The notes under the pieces are model-generated. The model did not search any database. It worked only from the letters and a program-made list of their open reading frames with translations, and was not told the DNA's origin. A program made the position numbers and the translations under genes. 64,000 nt of DNA from Clostridiales bacterium. Lineage in GTDB: Bacteria; Bacillota; Clostridia; Monoglobales; JAIRYP01. This document shows positions 21,448-30,418 of this stretch, piece by piece (within the stretch, counting starts at the first letter, position 1; each line of letters opens with the position of its first letter). The stretch covers positions 128,761-192,760 of the forward strand of contig JAIRYP010000011.1 in NCBI GenBank assembly GCA_031267755.1, in the 5' to 3' direction.

Positions 21448-23343
21448 GTGTTAATTTTGATTAAAAAATTTAAAGTTCCTGAAAGAATTCATATAAGAAA
21501 CATGGAAAATAAATATAGGGATTCAAATCCATTTCCTCCCGCAGATAGAGAAGAAATTTTAAACCTTGCGTTTAAATTTAAATACAATGAATCACCATAT
21601 TGGAAAAAAATTTCAATTTTTTTATCTAAATTAATTTTTAAAAAAAAATTGGTATTAGAATCTTTAGATGAATTTAAAAAATTTTTATATGAATTTAATT
21701 TTCTTTTTTTTAATGTAAAAGAAGTGCAAAATAACTTACATTTTTTTGTGAATAAAACTGAATCCGAAGCAGCCAAAAAAACTTCTATAAATTTTAAATT
21801 TACTTTAGACATATTTAGCATTTCCTTATGTTATTTTAATTGTCTTGAACATTATTTTGAATTATTAAAAATAAAAGCAGATGAAAATAAAATAAAATAT
21901 TTTTTCGAAATTGTAGTCCCAATATATTTACAACTTTTAAAACTTGATGAAAATGGAAAAATTCACCCTTTATTCAATAAAAACTTGCTAGAAATTTCAA
22001 AATATTTGGCAGAATATTCTGAAATAGAAAAAGAAAAAATTATAAAATACATGTGTAACAATGACCCAGAAGAAACATTAAATTTACAAGAATTAGAAAA
22101 CAAAAATTTGAATAGAAAATTATTAATTATTAATGAAGATATTGATGATGATTGTGAAATTAATTTTTTAAGCAAATATATTGCTCACGAAATTTTTAAT
22201 GATAAAACTGATGAAAAAGGTTTTAAATTAGCTTTAATATTAGAAAAATCTGGACATAGTGCGTGTATTGAAAAAATAAATTTAAATAATTTAGGAGAAA
22301 TTGGAAATTGGGAAGGTTATGAAGAGATTTTAGCACGTTTAATTGGGTTAAATTTTAGTGAAGAAGATTTAAAAAAAATTTTTCCAAATTTAAAAGACAT
22401 AAAAGATTTTGCCCAACATTTAGAAGGACTTTCTATTTCTACAAGATCAAAAAAAGTAAAAAAAATAAAGGCTTTAGAATTGTCTTATCTTGTTTTAATG
22501 GGAGTAATGAGCTCACAGCAAGCTTTGGAATATATGGAAACATCAGAAAATCTCGCCGGTATTCCATACATTCAAAATCCAAATGGAGAATTTGAGCTAA
22601 AATTCGCTGATAATGTTTCCGAAAACAATCTAAGTTCATTGCAGATTCCAACTAATGTTGCCTTAAATATAAATAATATACCAGGAGTTATTCACGTATC
22701 AGATGATACCGTAAAAGAAATTGCAGAAGAAGCTCCGGAAGATTCACATGAAGAGGCTGTGGAAGAAATTGCAGAAGATTCAGATGAAGAGACTACGGAA
22801 GAGAAATTTGCAGAAAAAATTCCTGAAGTCGCAACTACAACTGACGAAGAACCAAATAAATCAATCTTAAATATAGAAAAAAATGAAATTTTAGAAAAAA
22901 ACGATTTTAATATAAATTGGACGGAAAATTTTTTAGAAATGTTTTTCTTATATATTAAAAATCAAAAAGAACTAACACATAAGAATGTTAAAGTTTATGA
23001 ACTTTTTTTAAAACAATTTTTTTCTAAAGAGCACAAAATCGTTTTTGAAAAGATTGAACATGAAATAGAAAATATTATGAGAAATGATGGTTTAAACAAA
23101 GAAGAAAAAATAACTGAAATTTCACATTTTATGAATTTAGAATTAAAAAAAATTAACCCTTATTGTGACAAAACTACCGTAGTTATGTTCTTATTAAAGT
23201 TTTACGATTTCTTGAAAGATATTTTTTGCCCAATTAAAACAGAAGATATTATTTTCAAACTTAAAAAACAAACAAAACAGCACACAAAGTTTCAAACTAA
23301 CGAAAATACACTTGCAAATCCAGATAAAACAAGTAAAACGTAA
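21448..23343 (+). CDS. hypothetical protein, large paralog family C, member 2
   Basis: 631-aa ORF. The start is ambiguous: GTG 21448, TTG 21457 or ATG 21502, all after GAGGTG. It is collinear with members 1 and 3 (YLVLMGVMSSQQALEYM block) and has an acidic linker EIAEEAPEDSHEEAVEEIAEDSDEETTEE. Confidence 0.65.
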   Translation: MLILIKKFKVPERIHIRNMENKYRDSNPFPPADREEILNLAFKFKYNESPYWKKISIFLSKLIFKKKLVLESLDEFKKFLYEFNFLFFNVKEVQNNLHFFVNKTESEAAKKTSINFKFTLDIFSISLCYFNCLEHYFELLKIKADENKIKYFFEIVVPIYLQLLKLDENGKIHPLFNKNLLEISKYLAEYSEIEKEKIIKYMCNNDPEETLNLQELENKNLNRKLLIINEDIDDDCEINFLSKYIAHEIFNDKTDEKGFKLALILEKSGHSACIEKINLNNLGEIGNWEGYEEILARLIGLNFSEEDLKKIFPNLKDIKDFAQHLEGLSISTRSKKVKKIKALELSYLVLMGVMSSQQALEYMETSENLAGIPYIQNPNGEFELKFADNVSENNLSSLQIPTNVALNINNIPGVIHVSDDTVKEIAEEAPEDSHEEAVEEIAEDSDEETTEEKFAEKIPEVATTTDEEPNKSILNIEKNEILEKNDFNINWTENFLEMFFLYIKNQKELTHKNVKVYELFLKQFFSKEHKIVFEKIEHEIENIMRNDGLNKEEKITEISHFMNLELKKINPYCDKTTVVMFLLKFYDFLKDIFCPIKTEDIIFKLKKQTKQHTKFQTNENTLANPDKTSKT

Positions 23344-23375
23344 AGTATTAAATTTTTTAAAGTTGGTGTTAAATT

Positions 23376-25499
23376 ATGACGAGGTGGGCAAAAGAAGAAA
23401 TAATTAATAATTTGATAAAAATGCAAAATAATATTTTATTAGGTAAACTTACTGAAGAACAAAAAGAAACACAAACAAAAGCAAGAAAATTAGGTCTAGG
23501 TTATAATGGCGTAGCCCAAATAGTCTCTAATTTAATCGTTTTAACACAAGAAAATGATGAATTCAAATACTTAGTTAAAATTAATCAAGAAGGATTTGAA
23601 AATTTTTGTAAAGAAATTTTTAAAATGGCTGAAGTTCAAGGAATATCAAATAATGTAATGATGACTAACAAAGAAATGAAAGAAAAAACAGCTATTTTAG
23701 CAAAAACATTTACTGAAATGATGACTTATTATCAAATCGAAGAAAAATATTCAGACGCTATAAACCTTGAAATAAAAGAAAAAATGCAAACAATTTTATT
23801 TCCGAGAAAAGAAAAGAAAAGCGCTGAACAAGTTTTACACGAAACTTTTTCAACTCTTTGGAATATTGTTTCTCACGAAGATAAACTTTTTAGAGGTTTA
23901 ATTCATGAGTATCAAATGGCAAGAATATTAAGAAAATTCAACCCAACTGAACAGGAAAAAATATTTAAATATTTAGGTAAATTTGAAGTAAATGAATTAC
24001 CTGAATTAGAAAATAAAGATTTACAAGAAAAATTATTAATGTTTAGAAAATTTTTACATCGAATGAGTTCTAGGGATGAATATTATTGTGTAAGCTCTCA
24101 GATACTCCAAATAATATTCTCAAAAACTGACAAAAAACATCTTAAAGAATTGTTTAAACTTGAAGAAGAAGACAAGTTTCATTCTTATCCAAGCCAAATC
24201 AAAAAATTGCCTGAACTACTTGAAACTGATTGGTCAAAACATATGGGCTTATTATTTGATATTTTAAAAATCGATAATTATGGATATGACTGCAATTTTT
24301 TATTAAGCTTCTCAGGTCATGCAGACGAGATAAGCGAAGTGTACACTATGATAAAAGAAAATTTTAACTCAAATAATATGCAAATGAACGAACAAGAGCG
24401 TGCATTATGTGGTGAAAAATTATTATTACTTTTTATATCAGGAAAAATAAGTGAAGAAAAAATTTTAGAAATTGCAAAGAGACAAGTTTCAAGTCCTGAC
24501 GAAATTCCAAAATGTTCAATTTCAGAATATCGTGGTTATATTAAACCTGATGAGCCTGATGGAGAAATTAAATGCATTGAAGAAAAATCAAATCATCGTT
24601 TTAAAGTTGAAATCACTCCCAATTCAATAATTAAAGAAGATGAAATACTAGAAGAAGAAACCCAAGTTTTTGGCGTATATCCAACAAGCGGTACCACAAG
24701 ATCTCGCGAAGAAACATGGCATGAACAAACTAGTAAATATTGGGCATTAAATCCGATATCAATAAAAGGAGAACATGTTCATGAAAAGGAAGAAGAAAGA
24801 GGAGAAGAAACTGAAGAAGAAAAAAATCTTCGAGAACGTGTTAAAGAACAAAATAGCGATTTAGAAGAATTTTTAGATTATGTTAAGTCTTTGCCAGATG
24901 AAGATATTACCTTTGTAGAAAGAGAAAACACACATTTAGAAATTGGAAATTCTTCAAATGATTCTCTCCCAGAAGGGAAAGCTTTAAGCGAAGAACAAAA
25001 ACGTAAAAATTTAACATTTTCTTTAGTAGCGTTGGCTTTTTTGCTCGCTTATCCATCAGATAAAATTATTTTAAATAGGGAATATAAAAGTTTGGATGCT
25101 TTTTCAAAATTTATGAAAGGTGAAATTGATGAAAAATATAGAGAATTTTTTAAACAATCAGTTAAATCAATTATTCATAGAATGAAATTTGACAATTCTT
25201 ATATTGGAAAACAAGAAAAAGCTGAAAAAATAAAAAAATTAATAACGGATGAAATAAACTCTTTCGGTCGATTTTATCTTTATAAAGATATGTTCGTTCT
25301 AAAACGATATTTACAATGTCTTGTCGATTGGTTTGTTGATAGGTTTTTTAAATCCAAAACACGTGAAGAAATTTGTGAAAAAAATCCGGACATTAAAAGA
25401 CAGTTGTTTACGCTTCCTAAAAACCCTGTAGAAATTAGCAAATTCAATAAAATCACTTCTGAAACTCCTTCGGAAAATTCAGAATCTCACAGTTTATAA
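23376..25499 (+). CDS. hypothetical protein, large paralog family C, member 3
   Basis: 707-aa ORF. Its N-terminal block LTEEQKETQTKARKLGLGYNGVAQIVSNLIVL parallels member 1 (LNDDQKIILKKSQELGGPNYEALQIIKILATV). It has an acidic linker EKEEERGEETEEEKN and a C-terminal block LTFSLVALAFLLAYPSDKI. Confidence 0.7.
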   Translation: MTRWAKEEIINNLIKMQNNILLGKLTEEQKETQTKARKLGLGYNGVAQIVSNLIVLTQENDEFKYLVKINQEGFENFCKEIFKMAEVQGISNNVMMTNKEMKEKTAILAKTFTEMMTYYQIEEKYSDAINLEIKEKMQTILFPRKEKKSAEQVLHETFSTLWNIVSHEDKLFRGLIHEYQMARILRKFNPTEQEKIFKYLGKFEVNELPELENKDLQEKLLMFRKFLHRMSSRDEYYCVSSQILQIIFSKTDKKHLKELFKLEEEDKFHSYPSQIKKLPELLETDWSKHMGLLFDILKIDNYGYDCNFLLSFSGHADEISEVYTMIKENFNSNNMQMNEQERALCGEKLLLLFISGKISEEKILEIAKRQVSSPDEIPKCSISEYRGYIKPDEPDGEIKCIEEKSNHRFKVEITPNSIIKEDEILEEETQVFGVYPTSGTTRSREETWHEQTSKYWALNPISIKGEHVHEKEEERGEETEEEKNLRERVKEQNSDLEEFLDYVKSLPDEDITFVERENTHLEIGNSSNDSLPEGKALSEEQKRKNLTFSLVALAFLLAYPSDKIILNREYKSLDAFSKFMKGEIDEKYREFFKQSVKSIIHRMKFDNSYIGKQEKAEKIKKLITDEINSFGRFYLYKDMFVLKRYLQCLVDWFVDRFFKSKTREEICEKNPDIKRQLFTLPKNPVEISKFNKITSETPSENSESHSL

Positions 25500-25538
25500 G
25501 TTTGGAATAAAAATTTTAAAAAAGAGATTAATTTAAAA

Positions 25539-26816
25539 ATGAAACTTTTGATAAAAAATGGAAGAATTGTAAATCCAGCAAATAATTTAGAAGAGACATT
25601 TGATATTTTAAGCGAAAACGGAATCATAAAAAAAATTGAAAAAAATATAACGGAAAATTCAGACGTTATAATAAACGCAAAACATAAAATAGTTATTCCT
25701 GGGCTTATAGATGTTCATTCGCATTTTAGAGATCCCGGAGAAACACATAAAGAAGATATAATTTCGGGATGTAAAGCCGCCGAAACAGGCGGTTTTACTT
25801 CAATTGTGTGCATGGCAAATACAAATCCTGTAATAGATAATGAATTTGTCATAAAATACATAATTGATAAAGCAAAAAAATTTTCAAAAGTAAACATCTT
25901 TCCAGTTGCCTCAATTACCAAAGGAATGTTAGGTAATGAACTTACAGAAGTTGGAAAACTGAAAAAATTTGGCATTGTTGGAATTTCAGATGATGGTAAG
26001 CCCGTTGAAAACGCATCAATTTTGCGAAATAGCTTACTTTATTCGAAAATGTTTAATATTCCATTATTTTCGCATTGTGAACGTCTTGATATGACATCTG
26101 GCACAGTAATGAATGAAGGAATCATGGCAACAAGTTTAGGACTTATAGGTGCGCCAAATGTCTCAGAAAGTGCAGCAATAGCTGCAGATATATTAATAGC
26201 CGAATCAGTAAATTCAAAAATACACATATGCCACGTTAGTACAAAAGAATCCGTTGAAATCATTAGAATTGCTAAAAAAAAAGGAATAAAAGTAACGTGC
26301 GAAACTGCTCCACATTACTTTTCGCTCACTGATGAGATGGTGCGCGGTTATAACACAAACGCTAAAGTAAATCCACCGCTTAGAGATCACAATGACGTTT
26401 TGGAAATTATAAAAGGTTTAAGTGATGGAACAATTGATATAATTGCAAGTGACCATGCGCCTCACCACGAAGATGATAAAAACTTGCCATTTTGTATGGC
26501 AAAATGCGGTATAATTGGTCTTGAAACCTCTTTAGCAATTGGCATGACTTTTCTTGTAAAAAAAGAAAAAATAAGTCTTATGGAACTAATAAAAAAAATG
26601 ACATTGAATCCAAATAAGTTAATAAACGTTGATAGAGGTTCTATTGAAGTTGGGAAAGTTTCTGATATAACAATATTTGATGAAAAAGAAAAATGGATTG
26701 TTGATGCAAAAAAAATTAAAAGTAAATCAAAAAACTCTCCATTCATAGGTTTTGAGCTTTATGGCAAGGTAAAATATACAATCGCTGCTGGAGAAATAAT
26801 ATACAAAGACGATTAA
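25539..26816 (+). CDS. pyrC: dihydroorotase
   Basis: 425 aa with metal-binding motifs DVHSHFRDPG and ASDHAPH. Confidence 0.92.
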   Translation: MKLLIKNGRIVNPANNLEETFDILSENGIIKKIEKNITENSDVIINAKHKIVIPGLIDVHSHFRDPGETHKEDIISGCKAAETGGFTSIVCMANTNPVIDNEFVIKYIIDKAKKFSKVNIFPVASITKGMLGNELTEVGKLKKFGIVGISDDGKPVENASILRNSLLYSKMFNIPLFSHCERLDMTSGTVMNEGIMATSLGLIGAPNVSESAAIAADILIAESVNSKIHICHVSTKESVEIIRIAKKKGIKVTCETAPHYFSLTDEMVRGYNTNAKVNPPLRDHNDVLEIIKGLSDGTIDIIASDHAPHHEDDKNLPFCMAKCGIIGLETSLAIGMTFLVKKEKISLMELIKKMTLNPNKLINVDRGSIEVGKVSDITIFDEKEKWIVDAKKIKSKSKNSPFIGFELYGKVKYTIAAGEIIYKDD

Positions 26817-26858
26817 AATATTTAAAAAATATAACTATTTCATATTCAGAGGTATTTT

Positions 26859-27773
26859 GTGTCGATCGATTTAATGATTGAAAAAATTAAAGAAAAAAAT
26901 GATACACCTATTTCTGTAGGACTTGATCCAAAAATTGATTATATACCAAACGATATAAAAAACATAATATCAAAAAAATACGGTTTTGGGCCTAAATTTG
27001 CAGCAAAATGTTTGTACGAATTTAATAAAGGAATAATAGACGCAATTTATGATATTGTTCCAATCGTTAAAATACAGTCAGCTTATTATGAACTATATGG
27101 CTCAGAAGGAATTTTTACGTTTGCAGATACCATAAATTATGCTAAAATGAAGGGTTTATACGTTATCGTTGATGTAAAAAGAAATGATATTGAAGAAACA
27201 AGCGAAGCGTATGCTAACGCTTATTTAGGAAAAACAAATATAACATATAATTCAAAATTTCAAGCGTTTGGCGCAGATTCTATGACAGTTAATCCATATT
27301 TTGGTTCTGATGGAATAGTACCATTTATAAATGTTTGTAAAAAATATTCCAAAAGCATTTTTACAATAGTCAAAACTTCAAATAAATCTTCATTTGAAAT
27401 TCAAGATTTAATTTGTGAAGGCGTACCACTTTACGAAAAAATTGCACATTTTGTTTCAGAATGGGGCAAAGATTTAATTGGAAAAAATAACTACAGTAAT
27501 ATCGGTGCAGTAATCGGTGCAACACATCCAAAAGTTTTCAAAACTCTTAGAAAAATTATGAAAAAATCATATTTTTTAGTGCCAGGATGTGGAGCTCAAG
27601 GAGGGTCAGTTAAAAATATTTCAGACGCTTTTAATGAAAACGGCTTAGGTTGCATAATAAACGCATCTCGCTCTATAATCTGTGCACACATGAAAAACAA
27701 CGAAAATTATCAAAATGAAGCAAGACGCGAAACCTTAAAACTTAGTTACGATGTGAAAAAATTATTTTCATAA
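26859..27773 (+). CDS. pyrF: orotidine 5'-phosphate decarboxylase (long, type 2)
   Basis: 304 aa (GTG start) with VGLDPK, the VDVKRNDI catalytic-Lys region and VPGCGAQGG. Confidence 0.88.
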   Translation: MSIDLMIEKIKEKNDTPISVGLDPKIDYIPNDIKNIISKKYGFGPKFAAKCLYEFNKGIIDAIYDIVPIVKIQSAYYELYGSEGIFTFADTINYAKMKGLYVIVDVKRNDIEETSEAYANAYLGKTNITYNSKFQAFGADSMTVNPYFGSDGIVPFINVCKKYSKSIFTIVKTSNKSSFEIQDLICEGVPLYEKIAHFVSEWGKDLIGKNNYSNIGAVIGATHPKVFKTLRKIMKKSYFLVPGCGAQGGSVKNISDAFNENGLGCIINASRSIICAHMKNNENYQNEARRETLKLSYDVKKLFS

Positions 27774-27843
27774 TTAGACTGTTAATAAAAATAACTAAAT
27801 TAAAATTAAAAAATATAAGATTTCTGTATTAAAGAGGTATATC

Positions 27844-28608
27844 GTGCTTTATGAATTATCCAAAAAAAAAGCTATTAATGACAAAATATTTGACTTTGAA
27901 GTTGAAAGTTTTAATTCAACCGAAAATGTTAAAGCGGGACAATTTTTTTATATAGATTGTGGTGGCAAAAGTTTTTTAAGACGTCCAATAAGTATATGTG
28001 ATGTTTTAGATGGAAAATTACGATTTATTTTTGAAATTCGAGGAATTGGAACTTATGAATTATCCAAAAAAAAATGTGGTGAAAAAATCGATATTCTGGG
28101 CCCATTTGGAAAACCATTCAACACTGAATTTGGTAAAAATAAAATTTCTATATTGATAGGAGGTGGAATTGGAATTATTCCTCTTTTTAAACTTTCGAAA
28201 GAACTTGAAAAGGTTGTAGCTATACTTGGTTTTAAAACAAAAGAATCTATTTTTCTTAAAGAAGAATTTGTTTCGACATGTGATAAAGTTATTATAACGA
28301 CAGATGATGGAAGCTTTGGAAAACATGGTAACGCGTTTGAGGCACTTGAAGATACACTAGAACGTGAAGAAAACAAAAAAAATATTGGTGCGCTGTACAC
28401 TTGCGGACCTAAAAAATTAATTTATGGTGTTGCAAAATTCGGAATAACAAACAACATTAAAACACAGGTTTCAATGGAAGAACACATGGGATGTGGAATT
28501 GGTGCATGCATGGCTTGTGTGTGTGACACGACAGAAGGAAAAATGCGAGTGTGTAAAGAAGGACCAGTTTTCGATTCGAAAAAAATTTTAAACAATTTTG
28601 AAGAGTAA
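27844..28608 (+). CDS. pyrK: dihydroorotate dehydrogenase B electron-transfer subunit
   Basis: 254 aa with the FAD-binding motif RRPISICD and a C-terminal 2Fe-2S cluster motif CGIGACMACVC...CKEGPVF. Confidence 0.9.
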   Translation: MLYELSKKKAINDKIFDFEVESFNSTENVKAGQFFYIDCGGKSFLRRPISICDVLDGKLRFIFEIRGIGTYELSKKKCGEKIDILGPFGKPFNTEFGKNKISILIGGGIGIIPLFKLSKELEKVVAILGFKTKESIFLKEEFVSTCDKVIITTDDGSFGKHGNAFEALEDTLEREENKKNIGALYTCGPKKLIYGVAKFGITNNIKTQVSMEEHMGCGIGACMACVCDTTEGKMRVCKEGPVFDSKKILNNFEE

Positions 28609-28828
28609 ATAAAACTTTAAAAACTTAAACGCAACTTGAACAATAATCAAAAACACTTTATTGTTATTAACAAAATTTAATATAAAATTTTAAAGTTGAT
28701 AAAAAATAACTAATTGAAATAAGCTTTTATTTTTGAAATTTATATAATTTAATATCAATCAACAAAATAAAAAAAATTTTACAAGTAAAAATGCTATAAT
28801 TTTATGTTTAACAAAAAGGGGCATAAAT

Positions 28829-29749
28829 TTGACTCAAAAAAAAATAAATATGAAAGTGGATATTGGTGGGGTAGTCTGGAAAAACCCAGTTTCAACAGCA
28901 TCAGGCGTCTTCGGATTTGGAGAAGAATACTCAAGTTTTTTTGATATAAATGCGCTTGGAGCAATATGTTTAAAATCTCTCACGCTTAAAAAACAAGTTG
29001 GGAACGATTCTCCAAGAATTGCAGAAACTTCATCTGGAATTTTAAATAGCATCGGTCTTCAAAATCCAGGCATTGATTTTTTTATAAAACATGAACTACC
29101 AAAACTTAAAAAAATTTGCAAAACAAACATAATTGCAAGCATTGCTGGTTCGTCAATAGAAGAGTACGCAATTATTGCTGAAATGTTAGGTTCAAACGTT
29201 AATATGATTGAACTTAATATTTCATGCCCCAATGTTAAAGAAGAATGTATAACGTTTGGAATTAACTCAAAATCAGTTGAAAACATAACAAAAAAAATTA
29301 AAAAAGTGTCTAAAGTTCCTTTGATTGTCAAACTTTCTCCGAATGTTGAAAATATTTGTGATATATCAAAAGCAGCTGAATCGGGGGGGGCAGACGCACT
29401 ATCGCTTGTAAATACTTTCTTGGGTATGAAAATAGATATAAAAAATCAAAAACCTTACTTCAAAAACACCTTTGCTGGACTTTCTGGGCCAGCAATAAAA
29501 CCCATTGCACTCAGAATGGTATGGCAAGCTAGGCTTGCAACAAAACTTCCAATAATCGGACTTGGAGGAATAACATGCACAAATGATGCGTTAGAATTTC
29601 TAATGGCTGGTGCAAACGCCGTGGCAATCGGAACATATGGTTTTTTTGATCCACTCATTTGGCCCAAAATTAAAGATGGTATAGAAAAATATTTAATTGA
29701 AAATAACATAAATGACATAAAAAATATATCTTTAACAAATTCATATTAA
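28829..29749 (+). CDS. pyrD: dihydroorotate dehydrogenase B catalytic subunit
   Basis: 306 aa with WKNPVSTASG, ELNISCPNV and GLGGI. The TTG at 28829 is 7 nt after AAAGGGG. The alternative ATG at 28850 (MKVDIGG) is in frame. Confidence 0.9.
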   Translation: MTQKKINMKVDIGGVVWKNPVSTASGVFGFGEEYSSFFDINALGAICLKSLTLKKQVGNDSPRIAETSSGILNSIGLQNPGIDFFIKHELPKLKKICKTNIIASIAGSSIEEYAIIAEMLGSNVNMIELNISCPNVKEECITFGINSKSVENITKKIKKVSKVPLIVKLSPNVENICDISKAAESGGADALSLVNTFLGMKIDIKNQKPYFKNTFAGLSGPAIKPIALRMVWQARLATKLPIIGLGGITCTNDALEFLMAGANAVAIGTYGFFDPLIWPKIKDGIEKYLIENNINDIKNISLTNSY

Positions 29750-29805
29750 CAAAAAAAATAAGAAAATTTTTTCAATATTTAATTTATGTAACATTAATCT
29801 AAATA

Positions 29806-30183
29806 TTATTTTTCTAATAAGCCTTGGCCAATTTTTAATAAATTTTCAGATTTGAAAAAATATTTTTTAATAAAAAGATGACGAATAATGGTAAAATTGT
29901 TAAATATCCTTGTACCAAACACAACTATTGCTGCAATATATATGTTTATTCCAAGTTTGTTTCCTAAATATGTAAGAAAAGCTGCTAAAAAAGTATTTGT
30001 AAAAAATCCAGTTATAAACACTGTAAAATTGAATTTTTTATTCATATTAGAAATTATTCCACCAAACACTGAGTCAAAAGCAGCAAGTATTGCAACAGCA
30101 ACATACTGCGATATATTCGTAGTAATATCCGGAACAATTGTTCCAACGTAAGCGCCAAGTAATAAAAAAATAATAGTTAACAT
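29806..30183 (-). CDS. sbp: small basic membrane protein Sbp (DUF1290)
   Basis: 125 aa with four hydrophobic segments. AILAAFDSVFGGI...VFITGFFTN resembles the Bacillus Sbp/YlxX family. Confidence 0.7.
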   Translation of the reverse strand: MLTIIFLLLGAYVGTIVPDITTNISQYVAVAILAAFDSVFGGIISNMNKKFNFTVFITGFFTNTFLAAFLTYLGNKLGINIYIAAIVVFGTRIFNNFTIIRHLFIKKYFFKSENLLKIGQGLLEK

Positions 30184-30418
30184 ATGTCCTCTTTTATACG
30201 CTGAACTTAATTTTTATAACCAAAAACCCATTTTAACATTTATGAATCTGAAAATCAAATTTATTTTCACTAAAATTTTGATAAAATATTCATTAATGAA
30301 AATTTTCTATATGTTTAAAGAACCATAGGAAATAAATTAAACATTTACAATTAAAATTATTGTTGAAATAATAAATAAAACTGATATAATTTCAATAAAG
30401 ATTCATAGGGGTGATTTT

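Noticed and set aside
28609-28828. 220-bp gap between pyrK and pyrD as a hidden small gene or attenuator
   Set aside because: There is no ORF with an RBS and no stable hairpin; the sequence is nearly all A/T. It may just be an internal promoter or spacer. Nothing supportable was found.
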